NCBI GenBank assembly: GCA_946543085.1 | Contig: CAMNLM010000002.1 | Coordinates: 20,780 to 84,779, forward strand | Reading direction: 5' to 3' | Length of the DNA stretch: 64,000 nucleotides | DNA from: an uncultured Clostridia bacterium | Lineage (GTDB): Bacteria; Bacillota; Clostridia; Christensenellales; Aristaeellaceae | Shown here: positions 26,651 through 35,499 of the stretch, piece after piece | Position numbering within the stretch: position 1 is the stretch's first letter | Layout: each line of letters opens with the position of its first letter | Notes under the pieces: model-generated | Database searches by the model: none | The model's input: the letters and a program-made list of their open reading frames with translations, nothing else | What the model was told of the DNA's origin: nothing | Made by a program: the position numbers and the translations under genes

Positions 26651-27766
26651 TTGAAGCAGCTGTTCCGCAGTCTCGCCCTTGCCGGCCTGCTCCTGGCGCT
26701 CTGCCTGCGCGCGTCCGCCGCCTCGTTTCTGGTGATTTCCGACACGCATATGCGGGCTCATACCGACGCTTTTGACGCGGCGCTGGAGGCCGTGGCCGCC
26801 GCTGCGCAGGGCCGCGGCTGTCTCCTGATGCTCGGCGACAGCACCGACAACGGCCAGGCGGAGGAACACACCCTCGCCGTGCAGCGCGCGCGGGAGCTCG
26901 CGCAGCGCACCGGCGCCGCCGTGCTGATGATCCCCGGCAACCACGATTACAGTTCGCACTACGGCCCGGAGGATTTCCGCGCGCAGTACGCTGCGTTCGG
27001 GACGGACCTCGCCTTCAGCCGGGACACGGTCAGCGCAAGCTGTGCGGTGATGGCGGACGGCGGCGTCTGCCTCCTCCTGCTGGACACCAACCGGCGCGAC
27101 GGCGCGTCCTCCGTCCTGCCCGACGGCGGCATCACGGAAGAAACCCTCGCCTGGGCCGAGAGCGTCCTCGCCGGATTGCCCGCCGGAACGCCCGTCATCG
27201 CCTGCGGCCACCATCCGATTCTCCCGGCCAGCCGCGACCAGCGCACGCCGGGCGCGGCCGCGCTGGCCGGCCTCCTGCGCCGCTGCGGCGTTTCCCTCTA
27301 TCTCTGCGGCCACGATCACGGCTTCGCCACGGTCATGGAGGAGGGTCTGCGCCAGATCACCGTCGGCCAGCCGCAGGCCTATCCGGGCTGGGCCGGCCTG
27401 CTCACGCGGGAGGAGACCGCCTTCCGCTGGCAGGCCGTCCGCCTCTACAGCGAGGACTCCCCCGCCTGGCGGCGCCTGCGCGCCTCGTCCGAGACCCTCG
27501 CCGCCGCCATGGCCCGCGGGACGCTCGCGGGCACCGCGCACGAGGGGGACGAAACCGCGATCCGCTGGTTCTCCGATGTCTTCATGGCGCACGTCGGCGG
27601 CAAGCTGACGCCGGAGCGCTGCGCCGCCCTGCACGCGGAGGACGGCAGCCGCCTGTGGCGGGAGATCGAGACGAAGACCGTCGTCAAGGTGTGGATCTTC
27701 AGCCTGCTGGAGCACTGCCCGGAGCAGGCGCAGCGCCTCGACATCCCGCTGCGCCGGACCGAGTGA
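26651..27766 (+). CDS. Secreted or membrane-anchored calcineurin-like metallophosphoesterase
   Basis: Motifs ISDTHM, MLGDSTDNG, GNHDY, CGHHP and CGHDH are present. A TTG 26651 start gives the signal-peptide-like N-terminus MKQLFRSLALAGLLLALCLRASA after the RBS AAAGGGA. ATG 26597 is an alternative but overlaps a TGcTACAAT -10-like box. Confidence 0.78.
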   Translation: MKQLFRSLALAGLLLALCLRASAASFLVISDTHMRAHTDAFDAALEAVAAAAQGRGCLLMLGDSTDNGQAEEHTLAVQRARELAQRTGAAVLMIPGNHDYSSHYGPEDFRAQYAAFGTDLAFSRDTVSASCAVMADGGVCLLLLDTNRRDGASSVLPDGGITEETLAWAESVLAGLPAGTPVIACGHHPILPASRDQRTPGAAALAGLLRRCGVSLYLCGHDHGFATVMEEGLRQITVGQPQAYPGWAGLLTREETAFRWQAVRLYSEDSPAWRRLRASSETLAAAMARGTLAGTAHEGDETAIRWFSDVFMAHVGGKLTPERCAALHAEDGSRLWREIETKTVVKVWIFSLLEHCPEQAQRLDIPLRRTE

Positions 27767-27826
27767 CGGCCCGCGGACGCGTCCGGCGCGGGGCAAAGAT
27801 TGGCTTTCATTTCCCCGCCGGATATG

Positions 27827-27878
27827 GTAGAATAATCCTGTGCCATCACGCAGTAGAATAATCCTGTGCCATCACGCA
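27827..27878 (+). repeat. Perfect 26-bp tandem duplication (2 copies plus a degenerate third) in a promoter region
   Basis: GTAGAATAATCCTGTGCCATCACGCA occurs at 27827..27852 and again at 27853..27878, followed by GTACACATCACGG. Each copy carries a TAGAAT -10-like hexamer. Confidence 0.95.
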
Positions 27879-27904
27879 GTACACATCACGGAGGTTTGAG
27901 AGAT

Positions 27905-28762
27905 ATGAAAATCGCAGTGACCTATGAGAACGGACAGGTCTTTCAGCACTTTGGCCGCACGGAGCAGTTCAAGGTTTACACCGTAGAGGACGGCAAGGTT
28001 GTCGCCACGGAGGTCATCGGCTCCAACGGCGTCGGCCACGGCGCGCTCGCCGGTCTGCTGAACGAGCAGAAGATCGACGCGCTGATCTGCGGCGGCATCG
28101 GCGGCGGGGCCCAGGCGGCGCTGGCCGAGCAGGGCATCGAGCTGTGCGCCGGCGCGGAGGGCGACGCGGACGCCGCGGTCGCCGCCTACCTTCGCGGCGA
28201 GCTGGTCAGCACCGGCGCCAACTGCGGCCACCACGAGGGCAACCACCCCTGCGGCGAGCACGGCTGCGGCCATGACGAGGAAGCCGCCTGCGGCGAAGGC
28301 GCGTGCGGAACGGCCGGCTGCCCCAACCGTCTCACGGGCAAAAACGTGGGCAAAAAGGTGCGCGTCCATTACCGCGGCACCTTCAACGACGGCACCCAGT
28401 TCGACTCCTCCTACGACCGGGGCGAACCGCTTGAGTTCGTCTGCGGCGCGGGCGAGATGATCCGCGGCTTTGACGCGGCGGTCGCCGGCATGGACGTCGG
28501 CCAGACCGTGGACGTGCACCTGATGCCCGCGGAGGCCTACGGCGAGCCGGATCCCTCGGCCATCTTCACGGTGGAGATTGCCAGCATGCCCGGCGCGGAG
28601 AACGTCGAAGCCGGCGAGCGGGTGTACCTGCAGAACCAGTACGGCCAGCCCTTCCCGGTGCTGGTGAAGGCGAAGGACGAAAAGACCATCACCTTCGACG
28701 CCAACCACGAGATGGCTGGCAAGGAGCTGAACTTCCGCATCGAGCTTGTGGACGTGCTGTGA
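27905..28762 (+). CDS. Fusion protein: NifX/NifB-like (dinitrogenase FeMo-cofactor-binding family) domain, His/Cys-rich linker, and SlyD-type FKBP peptidyl-prolyl isomerase
   Basis: The N-terminus MKIAVTYENGQVFQHFGRTEQFKVY ... ALICGGIGGGA is NifX/NifB-like. The linker reads CGHHEGNHPCGEHGCGHDEEAACGEGACGTAGC (about 28205..28340). The C-terminus VRVHYRGTFNDGTQFDSSYDRGEPLEFVCGAGEMIRGFD ... has an insert-in-flap region, as in SlyD. Confidence 0.85.
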   Translation: MKIAVTYENGQVFQHFGRTEQFKVYTVEDGKVVATEVIGSNGVGHGALAGLLNEQKIDALICGGIGGGAQAALAEQGIELCAGAEGDADAAVAAYLRGELVSTGANCGHHEGNHPCGEHGCGHDEEAACGEGACGTAGCPNRLTGKNVGKKVRVHYRGTFNDGTQFDSSYDRGEPLEFVCGAGEMIRGFDAAVAGMDVGQTVDVHLMPAEAYGEPDPSAIFTVEIASMPGAENVEAGERVYLQNQYGQPFPVLVKAKDEKTITFDANHEMAGKELNFRIELVDVL

Positions 28763-28800
28763 GCGCGGAGCATCCGGCGCATCGAAAGGAAGCGGGCGGC

Positions 28801-29319
28801 ATGGCTGAAGCCGAAAACGATCTGATCCTTGTGGATCTGGACGACCGGGAAATCGGGCGCGGCGGGAAGCTGGACGTGCACAGGCGCGGCCAGCTCCACC
28901 GGGCCTTTTCGGTGTTTCTGTTCGACGGCGACCGCCTGCTGATCCAGCGCCGCGCGCCTGAGAAGTACCACAGCGGCGGACTCTGGGCGAACACCTGCTG
29001 CTCCCATCCCCGCGCGGGCCAGTCCCTTGAGGAGGCCGTGGCGCAGCGCCTGGCGCTGGAATGCGGCGTCACCGGGGCGCAGGTCCGGGAGGCCGGGCGC
29101 TTCGTCTACCGGGCCGTCTTTGCCAACGGCCTCACGGAATACGAGAGCGACCACGTCTTTGTCGGGGAATACGCCGGGCGCTATGCGCCGAATCCCGAGG
29201 AAGCCGCCGAGATGCGCTTCGCGCCCCTGGCGGAGATCAAGCGGGATATGCGGACGCATCCCGAGCGCTACGCCGTGTGGTTCTTCACCGCCCTGGGTAT
29301 CGCGGAAGCCGCGCGGTGA
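28801..29319 (+). CDS. idi: Isopentenyl-diphosphate delta-isomerase, type 1 (NUDIX family)
   Basis: LHRAFSVFLFD ... LLIQRRAPEKYHSGGLWANTCCSHP ... ESDHVF are type-1 IDI blocks. ATG 28801 follows the RBS AAAGGAAG. Confidence 0.88.
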   Translation: MAEAENDLILVDLDDREIGRGGKLDVHRRGQLHRAFSVFLFDGDRLLIQRRAPEKYHSGGLWANTCCSHPRAGQSLEEAVAQRLALECGVTGAQVREAGRFVYRAVFANGLTEYESDHVFVGEYAGRYAPNPEEAAEMRFAPLAEIKRDMRTHPERYAVWFFTALGIAEAAR

Positions 29320-29395
29320 GTTTTCTCCTCCTTCTCCTTCCCTCCCTCCGGCGAAAAGCAGGCGCTCTCCCGGGGACACGGAACGCCGTGCGCGA

Positions 29396-29432
29396 CTACT
29401 GCACTAAGAAATAGTGCAGCAGTCCTTTTTTT
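29396..29432 (+). terminator. Rho-independent terminator after idi
   Basis: Stem CTGCACTA/TAGTGCAG (29399..29419), then CAGTCC and a T7 run (29426..29432). Confidence 0.6.
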
Positions 29433-29637
29433 GATGATCCTTCTTTGTAGAAAGCACTTGACAAAGTGTTTTAGGTGATACACCTTCATACTTCTTCCAG
29501 TACTCCACAGTCAACGCATGAGTTGATGTTCCAAGATAATATTACAATAGCGTTGCTAAACACAAGGCGGATCAGTCGCGTCCGGAAGCGCTTTGCAGGC
29601 CGGCAGGAGCAGACGCGCCCATGCGTCGCGCTGCCGG

Positions 29638-29685
29638 AGGAAAAGGAAAAGCACGCAAGGAAGCCGCGCCGTCCGCGCCGCTTCC
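29638..29685 (-). terminator. Probable terminator of the iron-uptake operon
   Basis: On the minus strand, a GGAAGC ... GCTTCC hairpin with an inner CGCG pairing is followed by the U-rich stretch TTGCGTGCTTTTCCTTTTCC. Confidence 0.4.
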
Positions 29686-29706
29686 CCGCGTGCCTGTCTC
29701 TCTCCG

Positions 29707-30381
<675 letters not shown>

Positions 30382-30405
30382 GGCGATCTCCTTATCAAGT
30401 GGTCT

Positions 30406-31866
30406 TTATTCTCCCTTCAGCACCAGGGCCGGATCAATGGCGACGGCGTGCTTGATGGGGAGGAGGCAGCTGACGGCCGCGACGATCATGGAGACCAGGA
30501 TCGTCACGGGGAGCAGCAGGGGCTGGAAGGTGATGGAGCTCTCAAACACGTGCACGCTCACCACCTGTGCGAAGACGAAGCCCAGGGCCGCGCCGAGCGC
30601 GCCGCCCAGACCGCCGAGCATCAGGCCCTCGCCCAGAAACTCCGCGCGGATGCTGCTGTCGCTCGCTCCGAGGGCCTTGCGCAGGCCGATTTCCTTCCGG
30701 CGCTCGGTCACCACGGCCATCATCGTCGTGGAGACGCAGATCATCGTCAGCAGCAGCACCACGGCGGTCACGAGGAACACCAGGGCCTGCAGCTTCGAGA
30801 GCACCGCGCCCTCGGAGCGCGTCACGCGCTTGACCAGGCGGGGCGTGATGCCGCTGTGCTTTTCGGCGATCTCGCTGACATAGCCCTCCAGCTCAGCGCC
30901 GGAGGCGGATACGCTCAGCTCCATCACGTCCAGCTCGTCCTCCGCGCCGGTCAGGGCCGCCATGTCGCTCATGGAGAGGAAGATGTAGCTCTCCTCCTTG
31001 CCGCCCGTGTCGAGGATGCCGACCACGCGCAGGCTCAGCGTGTTGCCGCTCGCCGCCGCGGCGTTGGCCGTGGGGCGCGCGCTGTTCACCGCCTGCACCA
31101 CGGCGTCGCTTGTGATGGTCGCGCCGGAGAGGGCGTCCACGTCCTCGCCCAAACGCACAGGCAGGCTCTTGCCGATGAACTGCCGGGTGTAGGTCTCCTC
31201 CGCCGCGCGCCCGCCGTATTCGGGGGTCTGCGTGTCCGCGTTCACGGTGAGGGAGGCGATCTTCATCTCGTCGTCCAGGGTCAGGGTCACATAGACGAGG
31301 TTGGTGTTGAAGCCCTCCGCGCTGCCCGCCAGGGCTGCGCCGGGGGTGATCGGTGTGGCGGCGTCCGCGGAGGCCGCGTCGGGCTTGTAGCTGATCTCCA
31401 CCACGCTGCCGAGCTTCGCGCCGATGGTCTGAGCGACCTCCTCGCCAAGCAGCACCTCGCGGCTGCCGCTGGGGTAAGCGCCCTCCACCATGAAGTAGGG
31501 CGAGGTGGCCTGCACCTGGGTGAAGTCCGTGCCCGCCGCCATGAAGGAGAGCTGGCTGCGCGTCATCTGCGCGGTGACGTAGCGGTAGGGCGTCGCGCCG
31601 ACCAGCTGATCCGCGGGGATCGCGCCGAGGGCTTCCTGCGCCTCCCCGGTGGTGAGCTTTTCACCGCCGGAGGGCAGCAGGATCATGTTCGCGCCGTAAT
31701 TGCGGAACTGCGCGCCCATCTGCCGGGGCACGTCGTAATAGATGGTCACCAGACCCGAGAGGATGGTCGCGCCAATGCCGATGGACAGGAGCGCCACCAG
31801 CATCCGCGAGCGCCGCCGCAGCAGGGAGGCGGTGATCATCCGCAGAAACATTTTTCTCTTACTCAT
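30406..31866 (-). CDS. FtsX/MacB-type ABC permease with an FMN-binding domain inserted in the extracytoplasmic loop
   Basis: An N-terminal TM is followed by a large loop and a C-terminal FtsX 3-TM bundle (RRKEIGLRKALGAS). Loop residues about 183-263 (31078..31320) form an FMN_bind-like domain ending in DALSGATITS. Confidence 0.88.
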   Translation of the reverse strand: MSKRKMFLRMITASLLRRRSRMLVALLSIGIGATILSGLVTIYYDVPRQMGAQFRNYGANMILLPSGGEKLTTGEAQEALGAIPADQLVGATPYRYVTAQMTRSQLSFMAAGTDFTQVQATSPYFMVEGAYPSGSREVLLGEEVAQTIGAKLGSVVEISYKPDAASADAATPITPGAALAGSAEGFNTNLVYVTLTLDDEMKIASLTVNADTQTPEYGGRAAEETYTRQFIGKSLPVRLGEDVDALSGATITSDAVVQAVNSARPTANAAAASGNTLSLRVVGILDTGGKEESYIFLSMSDMAALTGAEDELDVMELSVSASGAELEGYVSEIAEKHSGITPRLVKRVTRSEGAVLSKLQALVFLVTAVVLLLTMICVSTTMMAVVTERRKEIGLRKALGASDSSIRAEFLGEGLMLGGLGGALGAALGFVFAQVVSVHVFESSITFQPLLLPVTILVSMIVAAVSCLLPIKHAVAIDPALVLKGE

Positions 31867-31891
31867 CGCGTCTTTCTCACCTTTCCTCTCC

Positions 31892-33196
31892 TCACGCCTT
31901 GCTGCCGTGCAGCACTTCGGCGGGATCCAGGCGCAGCACCATGCGGATCGCCGGCATGCTGCCCGCCACCGTCACCGCCGTGATCAGCACAGCCACCAGC
32001 GGGATGACCATGGGCTTCATTTCGATGGAGGAGGAGAAGACGCTGTGGCCGATCAGCTGGGCGAAGCCGAAGCCCACGAAGTAGCCGGCCACGCCGCCGA
32101 CCAGGGCCGTGAGGAGGATCTCCGCCATCACCACGCCGGTGATCGCGCGGTCATGCGCGCCGATGGCCTTCAGCAGGCCGATCTCCTGGCTGCGCTCCAT
32201 CACGGAGGCGGTGACCAGATTGGAGATGCCCAGGGCCGAGCCGACCAGGCTCAGCGCGGTGATCAGGATCATCAGCAGCTGGGTCTTGTCCAGGATCGCG
32301 CCCTCGCTCTCGGCCACCTGGCGCACGGCGGAGGCCACCGAATTGGTGATGACCTCGCTGATCTGGTAGCAGATGGCGCTGACATAGGCCGTGCAGTACC
32401 AGGTCTCATAGTCGCGGGTGGAGAGCGCCTTGGGGTTCTGCGCAGCGCGGCGGGCCAGATCGTTGTCCGGCGTTGTCAGGGCGGAAACCTCGATGGAGGC
32501 GATCTTTCCGTCCGTGTCCGAGAGGGCCTGCACCAGGTCGAGCGGGGCGTAGATCTGCTCGTCCTCGTCGCCGCCCGCGTCATAGACGCCGGCGACCTTC
32601 ACGGTCTGCTCCCCCGCCGGGCCCCTGAGCGTCAGGGTATCGCCCGCCTTGAGGCCCTCGCGCTGGGCGACCAGGCTGCCGACGAGCACGTCGTGGTCAG
32701 AGCCCGCGGCCTGCTCGTCGATCCATGCGCCCTCGGTCATGTCCCACCAGCTCCGCAGGCCGGTCACGCCGGCGTCGAGGCTCTCGCCTGTCGGCAGGTC
32801 CAGATGGTGGTTGAACCAGGTGCCCACCGCGGTCACCTCCGCCCCGCTGGGCAGGGTCACCGCCGACTCGGTGAAGGGCGCGAAGTCCACGATGTTGAAG
32901 GCCCAGAAGATGGTCTTCAGCTTGCCGACCTCGTCCTCGCGCAGCCACGAGGTCGAGATCGCCGCGCTCCCGTCGTCCTCCACATCGTAGATATCGCTGA
33001 GAAGGGTGGAATCCTTCGGCTTCACGGTGATGTTTGCGCCGTAGGTCTTCAGCTCCTGGTTGACTTTGTCGCCCACGTCCAGCATGACGTTGATCATCGA
33101 CGTCGCCAGGGAGGCGCCCAGCGCGATGGTGAAGGCGATCAGCAGCATTTTGCCGCGCTGACGGAACAGCGCGCCCCGAATCATGCGAAACAGCAT
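31892..33196 (-). CDS. FtsX/MacB-type ABC permease
   Basis: MacB-like topology with ERSQEIGLLKAIGAH in the FtsX domain. Confidence 0.88.
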   Translation of the reverse strand: MLFRMIRGALFRQRGKMLLIAFTIALGASLATSMINVMLDVGDKVNQELKTYGANITVKPKDSTLLSDIYDVEDDGSAAISTSWLREDEVGKLKTIFWAFNIVDFAPFTESAVTLPSGAEVTAVGTWFNHHLDLPTGESLDAGVTGLRSWWDMTEGAWIDEQAAGSDHDVLVGSLVAQREGLKAGDTLTLRGPAGEQTVKVAGVYDAGGDEDEQIYAPLDLVQALSDTDGKIASIEVSALTTPDNDLARRAAQNPKALSTRDYETWYCTAYVSAICYQISEVITNSVASAVRQVAESEGAILDKTQLLMILITALSLVGSALGISNLVTASVMERSQEIGLLKAIGAHDRAITGVVMAEILLTALVGGVAGYFVGFGFAQLIGHSVFSSSIEMKPMVIPLVAVLITAVTVAGSMPAIRMVLRLDPAEVLHGSKA

Positions 33197-33211
33197 CCCT
33201 CAGCGCCTCCT

Positions 33212-34540
33212 TTACTTGAATTCCTTCTCGGCCGCCAGGATATCCGACAGCCTGAAGAGCATGAAACCGTTCTCGATGCGGAACTCCAGCGGAATCGGGT
33301 TGCAGCCGCCCTTGAAGCCGATCGTGTTGATATTCATCACGACGTCGCAGCGCTTGCAGACCACCTGCTCGCCGCGCTGGTAGTAGCCGGCGTTGCCGCA
33401 CACGTCGCAGGCGTCCAGGCCCACGCCGTAAGCGCCCGCGCCCGGCTTGCGGATCACGATCCACCGCACGCCGATGTTCTTCTCCGTCGTGTATTCAAAG
33501 CGGTGCAGCGCGCCGTCCGCCACCTGCTCCAGGGGCACATAAATCATGTCCCCCCGGACCTCGTAGCTTTCCGGCGTGGAGAGCACGACCTCCCGGTTAT
33601 TGTAACTGTCGATGACGGTCATGTTGACGACGGCCAGCGCGAAGCAGCAGAGCACGGCCAGCGCGATGCGCCGGTTGTGACGGCTGACAGATTTCAGCTT
33701 GCGCAGCTGCGCCGGGTTCTCGTAGGGCTGGTTGACCCGAAGATTCCTGAAGAAGAGGATGGCGGGGATCACCAGGCTCAGCCCGAGGATCAGCAGCATG
33801 AACAGCAGCGTCTCGTTGGTGGCGAACTTCGCCAGCGGGAAGGCCCAGGGGTACTTGAACTTGGAATAAGGCGGCAGGAGCTTGATCCACCGCGCGCGCG
33901 CCGTCCACTTGCTCACCGCCAGGCCGAAGCAGCGCACCGCGTTGATCAGCAGGGCCAGCGTCGTCACCGAGAGCACGGCGACGGTGCTGTTGAGGCTCAT
34001 GCAGCACAGATAGAGGAAGCGGACGTAGAGCCAGATCAGCACCAGCGCGAGCAGGAAGCCCGCCAGGCGCGTGAAATACTCCGCCGAGAGGATGCCCTTG
34101 CCCGCGGTCTCGAAGTTGAACGGGTAGGCCAGCGCGTCCGGCAGCTCATAGAACAGCAGCGCCACGGTCAGCGCCGCGGCGGAGATGCCCACGGCCCAGC
34201 CGCCAAAGCCGATGGCCGCGTCCGTGTCCGAACCGTAATAGGTCAGCTTCCGGTGCTTGCGGCCGAAGAGGATGGCGAACACCGTGAAGACGGCCGTCAG
34301 CGCGATCGTCACCACGAAGATGTAAAAGTTCCACTGGTTGGTGGCGATCTTGCTGGTGGTGTTCTTCGCCCAGGCCATCAGCCCGGAGATCACTACAGCT
34401 ACAATGAGGCCCGCGCCGATGAAGCGCGTGCCCTTGTGGCCGAAGGCCAGCTTGCACAGCGACCAGAACAGGCAGACCAGCACCGCCGCCATGAGGAGAT
34501 CCTCGGTGACGGTGACGACGTATTTCAACAGACCATTCAC
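33212..34540 (-). CDS. Polytopic membrane protein with a C-terminal DUF2318-like Cys-rich domain (Cj1660-like)
   Basis: Multiple N-terminal TM helices. The C-terminal soluble domain contains CDVCGNAGYY ... CKRCDVVMN (two CxxC pairs). GTG start follows the RBS AGGAGG. Confidence 0.72.
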   Translation of the reverse strand: MNGLLKYVVTVTEDLLMAAVLVCLFWSLCKLAFGHKGTRFIGAGLIVAVVISGLMAWAKNTTSKIATNQWNFYIFVVTIALTAVFTVFAILFGRKHRKLTYYGSDTDAAIGFGGWAVGISAAALTVALLFYELPDALAYPFNFETAGKGILSAEYFTRLAGFLLALVLIWLYVRFLYLCCMSLNSTVAVLSVTTLALLINAVRCFGLAVSKWTARARWIKLLPPYSKFKYPWAFPLAKFATNETLLFMLLILGLSLVIPAILFFRNLRVNQPYENPAQLRKLKSVSRHNRRIALAVLCCFALAVVNMTVIDSYNNREVVLSTPESYEVRGDMIYVPLEQVADGALHRFEYTTEKNIGVRWIVIRKPGAGAYGVGLDACDVCGNAGYYQRGEQVVCKRCDVVMNINTIGFKGGCNPIPLEFRIENGFMLFRLSDILAAEKEFK

Positions 34541-34813
34541 AGGGATAGAACCTCCTGGAATTTTCAGTACCCTTGGGATGCGCGTGAGGCGTCACGCGGA
34601 TGGAGAGCGCTTGTATACAGGTGTGGGACGGGAGCAATCCGTGCCGGTTGGCGGTTAGCAGAAGCAAACCGTTGGCACTGCAATCCCCCGCGGATTGCCG
34701 CGCCAACGGTTGAAGGAGCGGCTGTGTCCCGGCGGGTCCCGGTGCGGGGCACAGCGCGCTGATATCGTTCTTTGCTCGCCAGCAGAGACCCGCCGGCACG
34801 GCTCAGAGGGGGA

Positions 34814-35401
34814 TTACCACTCCTGCACGGTGTACTCCCAGTGCACGAAGTTCACCTCGATCGGATCGGCCCAGAAGGAATGGGTGGGCACACCGGTCTC
34901 GTCGTCCACATGCAGCAGGTAGCCGTTCTCGGCGGGGCTGTGGATGCGGAAGGTCAGGGTGTAGGTGTCGGACTCGGGCAGAGCGATGTTCGCGCCGTAG
35001 TGGGGGCCGTCGTCAGCGCTCATGACCATGAAGGAGCTCCAGTCCACGGCCACTTTGCCGGTGGTCTCGGAGGTGATGCAGTATTCAACGGTCAGATAGG
35101 GCACCCAGTCGCCAACGCCGAAGCCGTAGCCGTTCTCGTTCCAGTGGATGTCGGCTTCCAGGTGGATGTTGGAGTCTTCCACGGCCAGGCCGGCCTGGTC
35201 AGCGGGCTCCATGGGGACGGGCTGGAAATACACAGCCGCCACATGCAGGGGGGCTTCGGTCAGGTCGACTTCCTCGTCAGCGCCTTCCACGGAGCCATCG
35301 ACGGTGATGGGGAACTCTTCAAAGCCGGCTTCCTCGGCCAGAGCGGACACAGCGCCCAGGACCATCACAGCGGCCAGCAGCAGAGCGAGAAACTTCTTCA
35401 T
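34814..35401 (-). CDS. Periplasmic/extracytoplasmic iron-transport protein of the P19/FetP/Tp34 family
   Basis: A signal peptide is followed by VAAVYFQPVPMEP, HLEADIHW, GDWVPYLTVEY, MSADDGPHYGANI and HVDDETGV, which are hallmark P19 blocks. Confidence 0.9.
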   Translation of the reverse strand: MKKFLALLLAAVMVLGAVSALAEEAGFEEFPITVDGSVEGADEEVDLTEAPLHVAAVYFQPVPMEPADQAGLAVEDSNIHLEADIHWNENGYGFGVGDWVPYLTVEYCITSETTGKVAVDWSSFMVMSADDGPHYGANIALPESDTYTLTFRIHSPAENGYLLHVDDETGVPTHSFWADPIEVNFVHWEYTVQEW

Positions 35402-35499
35402 GTTGATTTCCTCCTTCAGGATCTGAATACAGTGTATGACCTAAAGGGCGCGCCGCGCGGGGCAGCGCCGCCCTGTAGGAGCGATGGGAAGAGGCGGGC

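Noticed and set aside
27827-27878. Tandem 26-bp repeats, and the 33-bp repeats at 42737..42802, considered as a CRISPR array.
   Set aside because: The repeats are directly adjacent with no spacers and only 2-3 copies. One set lies in-frame inside a coding sequence, and no cas genes are present.
31742-34762. 1006-aa plus-strand ORF across the FtsX and DUF2318 genes, and an 879-aa plus-strand ORF at 38217..40856 across the DUF853 gene.
   Set aside because: This is the same GC-bias artefact. The minus-strand products carry FtsX, FMN_bind, CxxC and Walker motifs, and the plus-strand translations carry none.
34781-34797. B12-box-like string AGCAGAGACCCGCCGGC on the plus strand inside the P19/DUF2318 spacer, with a nearby GGCACTG. 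This raised the idea of an antisense cobalamin riboswitch.
   Set aside because: I could not find the other conserved cobalamin-riboswitch cores (AGGGAA ... GGTG ... CC, CCCGC-x-ACTGT, GGGAAGGC). The GGCACTG is part of a simple perfect extended hairpin. No plus-strand gene lies downstream. An Infernal scan would settle it.
35402-35499. GC-rich hairpin (AGGGCG ... CGCCCT) between the FTR1 and P19 genes, considered as a terminator.
   Set aside because: The stem is imperfect and only UUU follows. P19 clearly belongs to the same operon, so at most this is a weak attenuator or stabiliser. The evidence is not strong enough to annotate it.
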